A stretch of 64,000 bases of DNA from a virus (IMGVR_UViG_3300031787_000100:2214-66213); one strand, 5' to 3'; counted from the first letter of the stretch, positions 46,750 to 57,153 are shown. Notes: a model not told the origin generated them from the sequence alone. A program made the numbers and translations.

Positions 46750-47240
46750 CTTCCACACCTGTTGACAGCACAAAACTCAAACAGTTCATACAAGCCAAAC
46801 GCCAGCAGCATTAACAAAAAAGCACCTGCGGTCAACCCAGCCGCCAATTCAAGTTCTTCTTGTTCTTTTTCTTTACGGCGTTTCTCTTCTTCTTTGGCTT
46901 TACGGGCTTCTATAGCGTCATCCCTGTCCATCTCAGCGGCTCTGGCCTTGATCTTGTTCCACACGTCTATGTGGCCCGTCTGCATATAGAGCATCTGCAA
47001 CTCAGCCTCCAGCTTGGCGGTCTGCATCAGCGTGTTTTCTATCTGCATCGCCAGCGCAAAGTTAGACTTATTGCCTGATCGCTTGGCTTCCACCATCGCC
47101 TTGGATGCCTGACTCTTAGCGTCAAACATCCGACCAACCATCACGCCTAGGCCACCTAGGTCATTTGCCACCTGTGCCGCCTTACGGACTAGCCCTATGG
47201 CACTTTGCAGTCCTTCTAGCGCGGCAACAGGATCAATCAT
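46746..47240 (-). CDS. Coiled-coil protein with C-terminal TM segment
   Basis: MIDP start; charged coil followed by hydrophobic helix. Confidence 0.7.
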   Translation of the reverse strand: MIDPVAALEGLQSAIGLVRKAAQVANDLGGLGVMVGRMFDAKSQASKAMVEAKRSGNKSNFALAMQIENTLMQTAKLEAELQMLYMQTGHIDVWNKIKARAAEMDRDDAIEARKAKEEEKRRKEKEQEELELAAGLTAGAFLLMLLAFGLYELFEFCAVNRCGR

Positions 47241-47689
47241 TTCATTTCAAAACTTAAATTCGCATGGCGAGGGTACTGCACAACGCGCTCCCCTTCAGGA
47301 CACTTGTACTTGATCGTTGCCAGCAAAGTGGCTTTGCCGCTGGTAACCTTTTCCTTGCCTACCATCGTAAGTTCGTAGGTGAACGTATCAATCTCTGGCC
47401 CGGCTGGGCCGCTAAACTTACTTGCGGTGGTGGCTGCCTCATGCACCATACCAGCCGCATCACGGATGCTTGGCGTAAAACTCTCAACAGAACAATCGTC
47501 CCGTTTTTTTATTCTTGCAACTGTGACGTTGATAGGCTGTCCAGCGTCTGCCACAATTTTAAAATTCTCTGGCGACCATTCAATGATTGCGCGGTCAAAC
47601 CAACCAAACTTATCGGCAAGCGTGTAACTACCGCCTAAAGCGGCAACGGTAGCGGCAACGGCTCCAATTGCTTTGGTAATGTCAATCAT
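47237..47689 (-). CDS. Membrane-anchored protein
   Basis: N-terminal hydrophobic helix, beta domain with two Cys. Confidence 0.65.
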   Translation of the reverse strand: MIDITKAIGAVAATVAALGGSYTLADKFGWFDRAIIEWSPENFKIVADAGQPINVTVARIKKRDDCSVESFTPSIRDAAGMVHEAATTASKFSGPAGPEIDTFTYELTMVGKEKVTSGKATLLATIKYKCPEGERVVQYPRHANLSFEMK

Positions 47690-47690
47690 T

Positions 47691-47783
47691 TTAAACCAAA
47701 CTCCATGCAATTATGTAAGTGCCATAGATGACGAAGGCCACTATACAGGCTGCGGCAATGAACGCTTCAGCCCAGTCCCACAT
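47691..47783 (-). CDS. Small membrane peptide (30 aa)
   Basis: Hand-translated MWDWAEAFIAAACIVAFVIYGTYIIAWSLV; GAGGT RBS. Confidence 0.5.
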   Translation of the reverse strand: MWDWAEAFIAAACIVAFVIYGTYIIAWSLV

Positions 47784-48276
47784 TTTGGATCACCTCAACC
47801 CAAGAAGTTGTAGCTTCGTCCCAGCTATATTTTTTGCCGTCATTAGGCATGGGGGTTGGCGCTTCCCATCGACCGGTAGTTTCGTTTTTAACCCAACTTG
47901 GATACGGTGATGGATAAGGAATTTCCACCCAAGCGGTTGTCGCTTCGTCCCAGCGGTACTGTTTGTTGTCTGTCGGATACGCTACCGGAGCAATCCATTG
48001 GCAAGTAACCTCGTCTAGAACCCAGCTTGGGTAGGGTGTTGGCGGAACAAACGCATCCAGCGTAGGGTTGTATTGGAAACCAATCCCCGCATAATTTTTA
48101 CGGATGTTGCCGTTGTAACTTGTTTGCCTCCAGCGCGTACCGGGGAACAATGATTGACAAAAGGCAATTCCAACAGATTCGGATTCATTTCCGTTGTCGC
48201 CTAAGCATTCATTGTTATGTACCACAATAACTTGCAGTACTACATTGTTGTCATCAAGTTGTGCAAAATGTGCCAT
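47767..48276 (-). CDS. Fibre-associated protein with duplicated PYPSW..W.AP..P.D...Y.WDE repeat
   Basis: MAHFAQLD..W.QTSYN..RKNYAGIG; follows the Gly-rich genes. Confidence 0.7.
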   Translation of the reverse strand: MAHFAQLDDNNVVLQVIVVHNNECLGDNGNESESVGIAFCQSLFPGTRWRQTSYNGNIRKNYAGIGFQYNPTLDAFVPPTPYPSWVLDEVTCQWIAPVAYPTDNKQYRWDEATTAWVEIPYPSPYPSWVKNETTGRWEAPTPMPNDGKKYSWDEATTSWVEVIQNVGLG

Positions 48277-48284
48277 GTGTCACC

Positions 48285-49445
48285 TTAGAAAGTAATTGAG
48301 CCGGAGCTATTCCATTGATAAATGCGATAGCCCCCCGCAACGGTAATTGTAGGAGAACCGGTTGTACTTGTCGCGGCTTGGAACGTATCTGCGTAGCGAA
48401 TAATAACAACGCCCGAGCCACCATTACCGCCCCTATACTGAACAGCGCAGCCGCCACCACCACCGCCAGTGTTGTCGGTTCCGTATTGGGCATTACCGGG
48501 GAAGTTTTCAGCGTTTCGACCAAAGCCACCACCACCTAAACCTCCGGGGATTGGATCGCCCTGTCCAAGTTGTGTACCACCGCCGCCGCCCGCATAGTAA
48601 GTAGCTGTTCCAGTAATAGAAGACTCTAGGCCATTACCTCCTCGGTAACCTACAGTGTTACCCGCCTGCCCAGCACCGCCACCTCCACCTCCAGAGCCGC
48701 CTCCATTACTGCCTTGCGATGGACTTGTTGATGGGGTATTACCAGCGCCACCACCGCCTCCATCACGTCCACCGCCACCGCCACTGCCACCAGAGCCGCC
48801 ACTGCCTTGGTAAGTTCCGCCAAATCCTCCGCCATTAGAAGTGATGCTTGAAAATACAGAATTTGATCCGGTTGAGCCTTGACCTGTGCTGGAGCCAGTA
48901 CCCCCGCCGCCCACAGTTACAGTAATAGAAACGCCAGCAGAAACGGCAAAACCTGTTGCAGTTCTATAGCCGCCCGCCCCGCCACCGCCACCGTTGTAGT
49001 GACCAGTACCTTGTGAATTATTTGCGCTACCACCGCCACCGCCACCGGCTACAACCAAATACTCGACTGTCGATGTAATAGCAGGGGCCACTGGAGTTAC
49101 GCTATTTGATGCTGCGCTTGCAGGGCCAGTACCTTGTGTGTTGGTAGCCCGTACAGTAAAAGTATATGCCGTGCCGTTGGACAGTCCAGTTACTACAAGA
49201 GGAGAAGACGCCCCACTAGCCGTTAAACCGCCGGGGGAGGATGTTACGGTGTAGCCCGTAATTGCACTAGAGCCAACATAAGTAGGCGCAGTAAAAGTAA
49301 CAGACGCTTGCGCATTACCGCCAGTGGCAGTACCAATTGTAGGCGCTCCGGGGAACTGCGGCCAGTTGCTACCTTGAATAGCTCGCTTGACCTTTTTTAC
49401 AGTCCATAGGCCATTGGCGTTTGTTGGTGATGGGAATTGAGCCAT
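48285..49445 (-). CDS. FN3 plus glycine-rich domain virion protein
   Basis: PGAPTIGTAT..GL.NGTAYTF.V.A.N (FN3); VEYLVVAGGGGG...GGSGVVIIRY. Confidence 0.8.
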   Translation of the reverse strand: MAQFPSPTNANGLWTVKKVKRAIQGSNWPQFPGAPTIGTATGGNAQASVTFTAPTYVGSSAITGYTVTSSPGGLTASGASSPLVVTGLSNGTAYTFTVRATNTQGTGPASAASNSVTPVAPAITSTVEYLVVAGGGGGGSANNSQGTGHYNGGGGGAGGYRTATGFAVSAGVSITVTVGGGGTGSSTGQGSTGSNSVFSSITSNGGGFGGTYQGSGGSGGSGGGGGRDGGGGGAGNTPSTSPSQGSNGGGSGGGGGGAGQAGNTVGYRGGNGLESSITGTATYYAGGGGGTQLGQGDPIPGGLGGGGFGRNAENFPGNAQYGTDNTGGGGGGCAVQYRGGNGGSGVVIIRYADTFQAATSTTGSPTITVAGGYRIYQWNSSGSITF

Positions 49446-49447
49446 GG

Positions 49448-50023
49448 TTAACTGTACCGAACGTTAAAAGACAAGCTAATTCGCTCTTGAGTCGTTGGAA
49501 TTGTACGGTGCATCAAGTGGCTTGGAAATATAAAACATCTACCAGTTACCGTTTCATACTCAAGATTGTGGCAATTCTGCGGTGTTAGCTCTGTATGTTT
49601 TGGGTAAGACGGTTGAAAAAAGTGCCAAGGCGCTTGAGTAATAAAATCTTTGACCCCGTGTGCTTTGAGATACACACAGCCAGACAATACGCTATCTTCA
49701 TGCGTATGCAAATCTTGATAGCCGTTAGTTTGATATTCGTTTAGCCAAGAGCCGCTGAACATCAAGTTATTTTTGTTAATCTTTGCAAAGTCACAGTACG
49801 TTGCAACGCATTCAATTACAAACGTTTTAAGCTGTGCAAACTCTGGCAGTTCTAACACGGTACCAAATGTTCGCACGGTGCTATTACATGGGCTATAAAA
49901 CGGGTTGTCGCCATGCGTTTTTAAAATCTGTTTTGCGCAGTCAATAAGCTCAGGTGTGATTAAGCCGTCAGAATCTCGTTCTAACATTGGCACGGGGAAC
50001 ACATAAGAACATTTTGCAGTCAC
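49448..50023 (-). CDS. 2OG-Fe(II) oxygenase-like protein
   Basis: W.N......HTH..SVLSGCVY, IFPSHLMH, RISLSFN. Confidence 0.8.
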   Translation of the reverse strand: MTAKCSYVFPVPMLERDSDGLITPELIDCAKQILKTHGDNPFYSPCNSTVRTFGTVLELPEFAQLKTFVIECVATYCDFAKINKNNLMFSGSWLNEYQTNGYQDLHTHEDSVLSGCVYLKAHGVKDFITQAPWHFFQPSYPKHTELTPQNCHNLEYETVTGRCFIFPSHLMHRTIPTTQERISLSFNVRYS

Positions 50024-51237
50024 GATAGATATATCCTTCCGGTAACTCCTGTACCACCGCCCGCAGAACCGCCATTACCCGCAGTGCCACGGTTGGCATC
50101 ACTTGAATTACCTACTGTACCCGTAGACGCATTGCCGCTGTATAGTGTTCCGGATGTAACAACTGAGCCGTTAACGTAGCCAGAACCGCCGCCACCACCA
50201 AAACCACCAGCGTCACCGCCACCTTCACCGCCGCCAAAATAACCCGCGCCGCCACCCCCAGAACCGGCATCACCACCGTTGAACGTACCAACACCGCCCG
50301 TTCCAAACCCAGTACCGCCTGTTGTATATGCTGATCCAGTATTACCGCCGCCACCATTACGACCAGAACCTGAAGCGCCAGTACGACGACCACCATTACC
50401 ACCAGCGCCAGCAGCGCTTTGAGTACCACCAAAACCACCGCCTCCGGGAGCAGTCTCACCCGTAGTACCACCACCGCCGCCACCATATCTACCTGATCCA
50501 CCCTCAGCGTTACCGCCACCGCCACCGCCAACCATAATTGGTGTAGAGCCAGAAGTAAATTGAATGCCCGAACCCGCACCGCCAGCACTAGCTGCACGGC
50601 TAACCGAAGTGCCTTGACCGCCCGTACCAACAATCAGTTGATATGAGGTTCCGTTAGTCATTGCAATCGTGCCCGTGGCCGCACCAGCGGGGCCGCCGGA
50701 AGTTGTCATACCGCCACCGCCCGCACCCCAAACTTTTGCAGATACGTTATAACTTGATGTAGGGACAATAGTCCATGTACCGCCAGAACCGAGATTAAGC
50801 GCTCCGTCACTCTCTAGTGTCCACGTACTCTTACCAGATACCGCAGGGGATATTGTAAAAGCTCTAACCGATGCGGGAGTAACGCTGTTAGATGCAGCAC
50901 TTTCCGCACCATAACCAATAGCATTTTGTGCCGCCACTGTAAATGTGTAGGCGGTGCCGTTTGTCAAACCTGTAATTGTGATGGGAGATGACGCGCCTGT
51001 TGCAGTAATACCGCCGGGTGAAGAGGTAACTCTGTAACCTGTAATTGCGGAACCGCCATCACTGGCTGGCGCTGTAAATGTTACCGATGCAGAAGCACTA
51101 GCGCCAGTAGCCGTGCCAATTGTTGGCGCTCCGGGAACAGTAGCCGTTACAGGCCAATTATCGCCAGCTTCCGCACGATAGACATCCGTCATGTTCCAGA
51201 CGTCTGATGCACTAGAGGTGGATGGAAATGTTGCCAT
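50020..51237 (-). CDS. FN3 plus glycine-rich domain virion protein
   Basis: FN3 similar to 48285-49445; VWGAGGGG-type Gly-rich domain. Confidence 0.8.
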   Translation of the reverse strand: MATFPSTSSASDVWNMTDVYRAEAGDNWPVTATVPGAPTIGTATGASASASVTFTAPASDGGSAITGYRVTSSPGGITATGASSPITITGLTNGTAYTFTVAAQNAIGYGAESAASNSVTPASVRAFTISPAVSGKSTWTLESDGALNLGSGGTWTIVPTSSYNVSAKVWGAGGGGMTTSGGPAGAATGTIAMTNGTSYQLIVGTGGQGTSVSRAASAGGAGSGIQFTSGSTPIMVGGGGGGNAEGGSGRYGGGGGGTTGETAPGGGGFGGTQSAAGAGGNGGRRTGASGSGRNGGGGNTGSAYTTGGTGFGTGGVGTFNGGDAGSGGGGAGYFGGGEGGGDAGGFGGGGGSGYVNGSVVTSGTLYSGNASTGTVGNSSDANRGTAGNGGSAGGGTGVTGRIYLS

Positions 51238-51239
51238 GA

Positions 51240-52148
51240 TTAGAACGTGATTGAGCCGGAGCTAGTCCATACATAAATACGATACCCACCAGACACTGTA
51301 ATAGTAGGGCCACCTGTTGTTGAAACTGCTGCAATGTATGTGTCTGCGTAACGAATAATAACAATACCTGACCCCCCGGCTCCACCACTTCTGCCGCAAG
51401 AGTTAGTTACACCGCCAGCGCCCCCACCCCCACCACCAGTGTTGTTTGTTCCTGCTGCACCGTTACCTGTGGAGCCGCAATCATAAGCGCCACCTGTTCC
51501 TCCGCCACCATTACCGCCTGTAGCAGCACTGCCATCAGCCATGTGGCGTCCACCACCGCCACCACCTGCATAGTAAGTAGCAGAGCCACTAATTTCGGAA
51601 TATAAACCCCCGCCCCCGTTACCCGAAGAGTTTCCGGATGCGTTTTGACCAACAACAGAAGCGCCGCCCCCGCCGCCGCCAGTATTAGAGTTACCGCCTG
51701 TACCACCGGCATTTCCTTGACCCGATACCCCTGCACTTCCCGCCGCACCCGTAGCGCCACCGCCACCAGAACCACCAGAACTACCACTAGAGCCGTTGTA
51801 TCCACCGTAACCACCACCAGTAGAAGTGATAGAAGAAAAAACTGAATTAGAACCAGCGGTAGGCAAGGTGCTTTGATTACCGCCTCCTGTACCACCACCG
51901 CCAACAGTAACAGTAATTGCTGAACCGGAAGAAACCGCAAAACCTGTAGCCGTTCTACAACCCCCAGCACCGCCGCCACCACCCCCCGCCCATTGACCGC
52001 CCCCACCGCCACCAGCAACTACAAGGTATTCAACGGTTGGTGTAACTAGCGGCGGAGGTACAGGCCAGTTATCGCCCATTTCGGCGTCGCGCACATCCAT
52101 GAGGTTCCAACGCCCATAGGCGCTGCTAGGGGATGGAAAATCCGCCAT
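51240..52148 (-). CDS. Glycine-rich domain virion protein
   Basis: VEYLVVAGGGGG...GGSGIVIIRY. Confidence 0.8.
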   Translation of the reverse strand: MADFPSPSSAYGRWNLMDVRDAEMGDNWPVPPPLVTPTVEYLVVAGGGGGGQWAGGGGGGAGGCRTATGFAVSSGSAITVTVGGGGTGGGNQSTLPTAGSNSVFSSITSTGGGYGGYNGSSGSSGGSGGGGATGAAGSAGVSGQGNAGGTGGNSNTGGGGGGASVVGQNASGNSSGNGGGGLYSEISGSATYYAGGGGGGRHMADGSAATGGNGGGGTGGAYDCGSTGNGAAGTNNTGGGGGGAGGVTNSCGRSGGAGGSGIVIIRYADTYIAAVSTTGGPTITVSGGYRIYVWTSSGSITF

Positions 52149-52501
52149 CAGCTAATGTCCTCGTATGAACACACGCCTTCAAGGTAGCTGTTAACGCTGG
52201 CTGTTAAACGCAAGGTATCGCCTTCTTCTAAGTAAATACGACTTGAAATAATATCAAGCGTAGCCCCCGCAGGCACGGTCATTAGGTACGCAAGATCGTA
52301 CGCAACCGAAGACCGAAAAATATCTATGGTTACGGTCGCATTGTTGGTGCCGTTAACGTTTGTGATAAGAAGCTGGTCTATCTTCAGAACCTTACCGCTG
52401 GCGGCAGAGTTAGTGACAATAGCCGTAGCTGCTGTCGTAATTGCCAACACAGCGGTTTTACCGAGGATTGTTGTTGGTGCGATGATATTAGGTGCTGCCA
52501 T
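52148..52501 (-). CDS. Small beta-rich structural protein
   Basis: MAAPNI..IYLEEGD..SYEDIS. Confidence 0.7.
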   Translation of the reverse strand: MAAPNIIAPTTILGKTAVLAITTAATAIVTNSAASGKVLKIDQLLITNVNGTNNATVTIDIFRSSVAYDLAYLMTVPAGATLDIISSRIYLEEGDTLRLTASVNSYLEGVCSYEDIS

Positions 52502-52509
52502 GATTTACC

Positions 52510-53382
52510 TCAAAATTCTATTGAACCTGAACCCGTAAAACGGTATGTGCGGTATCCGCCTGAAACTGTGACTGTTGGAGAACCTGTCGTGGTAGCTGCA
52601 GCAAAAGTGTCAGGGTATTTAATGACAACTACGCCGGAACCACCGATACCGCCGTCACTTCCACCGCTATTACCAGCAGCGCCCCCGCCAGCGCCAGAAC
52701 CGCTATTAGCAGCCCCGTTAGCGCCTTGGTAATTACCAGAAGTTCCCGTACCACCTTCACCGGAACCAGCAGAAGCGCTGCCTGATCCACCAGCACCGCC
52801 AGCACCGCCACCACCGCCTCCGCCAGCGGCATACCTATTTCCATCAAACCCTAGAGTACCGTTGGTTGAACTGCCACCGCCAGTGCCGCTACCATTTTCA
52901 CCAATAGAATTAGAGTTGCCGCCACCGCCACCGCCCCCATTGTCTGGGGCGCTTGTAAAACCACCGTTACCGCCAGCGTAACCTTCAACGGGAGAGTAGC
53001 CCCCCTCATTACCCGGCCCCCCCGTGCCGTCTATACGTCCACCACCACCGCCACCAGAACCGCCGTAACGACCATTATTACCCGGGTCACCGCCGTACCC
53101 ACCACCCGTGGCCGAAATGGTAGTTATAGCCGCAAAACTGGAAGCACTACCCGCGCTAAAACTACGTTCTCCACCCGCGCCAACAGTTACAGTGTAAGAG
53201 TCGCCCGGATTTACAGCAAGTGAACTGCCGGTTCTGTATCCCCCAGCCCCACCGCCGCCACCACCGCCGTTGATGTTATCGCCAGCACCGCCGCCGCCTC
53301 CGCCAGCAACAACAATATATTGGACAGACGTTAGCCCAGTAACTCTAGGCTTTAGACCTAGCATCATCTGGATACCGCTCAC
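52510..53382 (-). CDS. Glycine-rich domain virion protein
   Basis: VQYIVVAGGGGG...GGSGVVVIKY. Confidence 0.8.
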   Translation of the reverse strand: MSGIQMMLGLKPRVTGLTSVQYIVVAGGGGGGAGDNINGGGGGGGAGGYRTGSSLAVNPGDSYTVTVGAGGERSFSAGSASSFAAITTISATGGGYGGDPGNNGRYGGSGGGGGGRIDGTGGPGNEGGYSPVEGYAGGNGGFTSAPDNGGGGGGGNSNSIGENGSGTGGGSSTNGTLGFDGNRYAAGGGGGGGAGGAGGSGSASAGSGEGGTGTSGNYQGANGAANSGSGAGGGAAGNSGGSDGGIGGSGVVVIKYPDTFAAATTTGSPTVTVSGGYRTYRFTGSGSIEF

Positions 53383-54644
53383 GATACGTTTCCTGAGACA
53401 ACGCAGACTGTACTGCTGATAAACAAAATGGTTGCTACGCCTCGGGTGGCTAAAGCAAGTGATGCGTTAGAACTATTAGTGCCAGCAATATAAGCGGTGG
53501 TAGTGTTACAAGTAATCGTAATGTTGCCAGCGGTGTTGTTAAAAATACTAATGGCGTCGCCTTCTGCAAACGTTGAATTGGGAATTACGATGGAGCCGCC
53601 TGTACTGACTTGCACGTATTTGCCTACATCAGCGGTAGTCAACGTATACGAACTTGTCTTTGTGCCAACGGGTGGAATGCTTCTAAAGCCAACAGCATTT
53701 GTGCCGTCCACGGTACAGCTAGACAACGTACCGGATGAAGGGGTGCCAAGGACAGGCGTTACAAACGTGGGTGATGTGGCCAAAGCCAATACCGTTCCCG
53801 TGCCAGTGGTTGTGTAGCTTGTACCCCAAGCAGAGCCGGTTGAATTAGCAATACCTGCGCCTGGATAAACCTGCGCGGAACTAGAGGCATTGATCGTTTG
53901 ATTAGGCCATGAGCCACTCACTGTAACGTTAGTTCCAGCCACGATTGCTGGCGTCGCCGTACCCGTACCACCGTTTGCAATGGGCAGAAGTCCAGTTACA
54001 CCAGTAGACAGTGGCAAGCCGGTCAAATTCGTAGCTGTGCCGCTTGAAGGCGTTCCAAGAGCACCGCCCGGAGCCACATAGTCTGTACCCGCAGTGGCCG
54101 CTGAGATCGCGGTTCCGTTACCTTTGAGCACACCTGTGATGCTGGTAGAAACCGTGATGGCGGGGGTTGTGGTTGCTGTGGCCACCGTACCTGCAAAACC
54201 ATTAGCTGATGCTACGCTGACAGAAGTTACCGTACCATTTGAAGTAGACGAGGCCACCTTAACAAAATCAGAATCGCTCCAAGCAACAACGCATTTCTCT
54301 CCAGAAACAATTGTGACGCCTGCTGTTGGTCCTACGCCGCGAAACACAATGGAGCCAGTTCCAGCATTGATGACTACGTAGGTTTTGCTTTTAGCTGGGG
54401 CTGTGACGTTTCTAGTACTTGCGCCATTACTTGCCGTCCAGCGAATAATCGCCTGCCGTGCTTGGTTTGCTACGTAGTCGGTGGAAGTTAGCGTGACATC
54501 TGCGTCAGCACTAAGTGTGGTAACCCCAGCAACAGCCGAATCTAACAAAGATGTAATGGAGTCGTTAACGGTGTCGCCCCATGTACCAGACAGGTCGCCC
54601 TGTACGGGTAGCGCAAGGCCAAGAAGTGCGGTAGGTGAAGTCAT
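53379..54644 (-). CDS. Tail fibre-like protein
   Basis: G.WG..N N-terminus; LGTPSSG and LPIANGGTG fibre repeats. Confidence 0.75.
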   Translation of the reverse strand: MTSPTALLGLALPVQGDLSGTWGDTVNDSITSLLDSAVAGVTTLSADADVTLTSTDYVANQARQAIIRWTASNGASTRNVTAPAKSKTYVVINAGTGSIVFRGVGPTAGVTIVSGEKCVVAWSDSDFVKVASSTSNGTVTSVSVASANGFAGTVATATTTPAITVSTSITGVLKGNGTAISAATAGTDYVAPGGALGTPSSGTATNLTGLPLSTGVTGLLPIANGGTGTATPAIVAGTNVTVSGSWPNQTINASSSAQVYPGAGIANSTGSAWGTSYTTTGTGTVLALATSPTFVTPVLGTPSSGTLSSCTVDGTNAVGFRSIPPVGTKTSSYTLTTADVGKYVQVSTGGSIVIPNSTFAEGDAISIFNNTAGNITITCNTTTAYIAGTNSSNASLALATRGVATILFISSTVCVVSGNVS

Positions 54645-54654
54645 TGTTTCTCCA

Positions 54655-57144
54655 TTATCGTCCGAAGACTAAAGACATTCCAACAGCAAAACCTTTTGCT
54701 GCGGCTGTAGATGTTTGCCAAGATGGTGCTGCGCCTGATCCTGCTGATGTTAGTACTTGACCTGCTGTGCCGTAGTTAGCGCCACCGATGCCTAGTTGAC
54801 CAGCAGAGCCAATGCGGAATCGTTCAGATAATGTTGTATTGCTAGAAGTCCAAAGACCTAAAGTACTACCAAAACCACCACCTGAATAAACGCCAAAGGC
54901 CTTAATATTGATATTGGATTCGCCAAGAGCACCGCCGCCTGCTGGGTATGTTCCATCAATTGCAAGTCCTGAATCATAGGAAGCACTATAACTATTAGTT
55001 TTGACTGCAAAACTTCCGCCAGTAACGCCCCTTGCGCCAACAATTGCACCAGCAGTTGCTGTAGCCGCAAATGTAAATCCTGTTGTTGTAGATACATCTA
55101 GTTTGCTTGAGGGCGAAGTTGTCCCAATACCCAGACCTGTCGAGGTTAGGCGCATACCTTCTGTTGCATTTGCCGCAAACGCAAGACTGTCAGAACTATG
55201 AAAGTATGCAAGATAACCAGCGTATTCACCACTTCCACTATCAGCATCAGCAAAAAATAAATTAGACTGATTTGAATCTGTTGAGGCTATGGTTATGCCA
55301 CGCTGACCAGTTCCAGCAATCACAAGGTTGTTTGCCGCTGAACTGTAATTGTTGGGGGTTGCAGTTCCAATTCCCAAATTAGTCCCATTCCAAGTAAGCG
55401 CAGACCCAGTAGCCAATGCACTTGTGCTAGAAGCGTAAACAACACCGCCTGATGTAAATGATGTAAGCCCCGTGCCGCCGTTTGCAGTGGCAACCGTGCC
55501 AGACACATTAGTTGCAGTACCACTCAACGTGGCTGTAATTGTTCCCGCACTAAAGTTACCCGATGCGTCACGAGCTACAACTTTAGAAGCTGTATTAGCG
55601 GAGGTGGCATCCACCGTCCATGTTTGTGCTGCTGAACCGTTGTAGGCGGTGCCGGTTAAATATGTACCGGCGGTAAGGCTGTTTAAATTAGAACCTAAAG
55701 CCACACCAGAAATTGTTCCTGACACCCATGTAAACGCAGAACCGTTGTAGTTCAATACGTAGTTAGTGCCGGACGCCGCCGTAGTAAACGCTGTTGTGCC
55801 CGCTGCCGTTTGATACGGAATCTGGTTGGCTGCACCACCAGCCAAGTTAGTTGCGGTTGTTGCGCTTGTAGATGACCCGCTTAGCGTAGCTGTAATCGTA
55901 CCGGCAGAGAAGTTGCCAGAACCGTCCCGCGCCACAACCTTGGAAGCAGTGTTTGCCGAAGTCGCGTCAACGGTTGCTGTTACAGCAGCAGAGCCGTTAA
56001 AACTTGTGCCCGTCAGGTATGTACCCAACGTCAGCGCATTCGCCACAGACCCAGCCGATCCAGAGATATTGCCCGTTACAGCAGAACCATTGATGGCAAT
56101 GTTGGTGTTGGTTACAGAAGTAACTTGACCCTGTGCATTGGTAACAAACACAGGAACCGCAGAAGCCGAGCCGTATGTGCCAGCAGTGCCTGTATTGGCA
56201 ATGTTGAATGTGTAAGTTGGTGACTCACTAAGTCCTGTGCCAGCCGTGTAGGTAATTGGGGCAGAAAACTGCTGGAACACAATTGCTGTTGTACCAATTG
56301 TAATAGGGGGAGCGGTCTGTTGTACCCAAGCGGTATTAGCATTAACTGTACCGCTAGTGACCAAGAAAAAGTCACCTTCGTCGATTTGGTCAACTCCGGT
56401 TCCGGCAGTATCAAAGTCTGTAGCGCGAGTTAGGATGTATGGCGTTCCAGCAGCGCCAACTTGCGTAACCGTGTATACACCGTTGTTTGCTTGCGTAACT
56501 TCGTTCTTGACTAAGATGCGGTTGCTAACAACAGTAAGCGTTGAGTCAACAGACAGAGCGCCATTAGCGTTGGCTGTAAGCGTTGCCCCTACCCCAGATG
56601 TTCCGTTGTTGTACGTGTTTGCTGGCAGGGCTGCGGTAGTTGCCAAGTCCACCGCCTCATGGAAATGGATGCCAGAAGCAATAGCGTCAGCGTACTGCTT
56701 ATTAACAATGTCAGTATTGTTAGTTGGAGTCGTAGAAATCGTACCGGACGTAAGATTTGCAGTTGTAATGTTGGCAGTGGTAGCGTTGATTGTGTTGAAC
56801 TCATACTGCACCAAAACGTTGCCTGCGCTGTCAAGCCAAACCGCCCGTTCAGATGGATAAGTTACAAAAACATCTTTAGAATTGGCCGCAAAACTAACAA
56901 GCGACCCGCTATTACTTGAAGACAACACAGTTGTACGAGACAGCGTAGTCCCAGAAGATGTGTATGTACCAATACCCACTTCCCACGCGCCCGCAACGGG
57001 GTCAACAATGGCGTAATAAGTACTGTTACCGTTACCTACAGCCGAGAAAGATTGAAACCCCGCGACCGCGCCAGCAAGCGTAATCGTGCCTGTACCAGCG
57101 GTGGTAGAGGTTTCTTTAACCCGATCTTTTAGTACGAGAGCCAT
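54655..57144 (-). CDS. Tail fibre protein
   Basis: DRVKET..GTG N-terminus; RILVKN...NGVY..LTRATD; LGIGT.TP repeats; duplicated ~53-aa VVARD.SGNFSAGTITA unit. Confidence 0.8.
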   Translation of the reverse strand: MALVLKDRVKETSTTAGTGTITLAGAVAGFQSFSAVGNGNSTYYAIVDPVAGAWEVGIGTYTSSGTTLSRTTVLSSSNSGSLVSFAANSKDVFVTYPSERAVWLDSAGNVLVQYEFNTINATTANITTANLTSGTISTTPTNNTDIVNKQYADAIASGIHFHEAVDLATTAALPANTYNNGTSGVGATLTANANGALSVDSTLTVVSNRILVKNEVTQANNGVYTVTQVGAAGTPYILTRATDFDTAGTGVDQIDEGDFFLVTSGTVNANTAWVQQTAPPITIGTTAIVFQQFSAPITYTAGTGLSESPTYTFNIANTGTAGTYGSASAVPVFVTNAQGQVTSVTNTNIAINGSAVTGNISGSAGSVANALTLGTYLTGTSFNGSAAVTATVDATSANTASKVVARDGSGNFSAGTITATLSGSSTSATTATNLAGGAANQIPYQTAAGTTAFTTAASGTNYVLNYNGSAFTWVSGTISGVALGSNLNSLTAGTYLTGTAYNGSAAQTWTVDATSANTASKVVARDASGNFSAGTITATLSGTATNVSGTVATANGGTGLTSFTSGGVVYASSTSALATGSALTWNGTNLGIGTATPNNYSSAANNLVIAGTGQRGITIASTDSNQSNLFFADADSGSGEYAGYLAYFHSSDSLAFAANATEGMRLTSTGLGIGTTSPSSKLDVSTTTGFTFAATATAGAIVGARGVTGGSFAVKTNSYSASYDSGLAIDGTYPAGGGALGESNINIKAFGVYSGGGFGSTLGLWTSSNTTLSERFRIGSAGQLGIGGANYGTAGQVLTSAGSGAAPSWQTSTAAAKGFAVGMSLVFGR

Positions 57145-57153
57145 TTTTATTCC

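Noticed and set aside
50746-50756. GTTATAACTT as another copy of the early motif
   Set aside because: Only a half site inside a coding region; plausible by chance.
48285-57144. Diversity-generating retroelement acting on fibre genes
   Set aside because: No reverse transcriptase, and the paralogous repeats differ at all base types rather than only at adenines.
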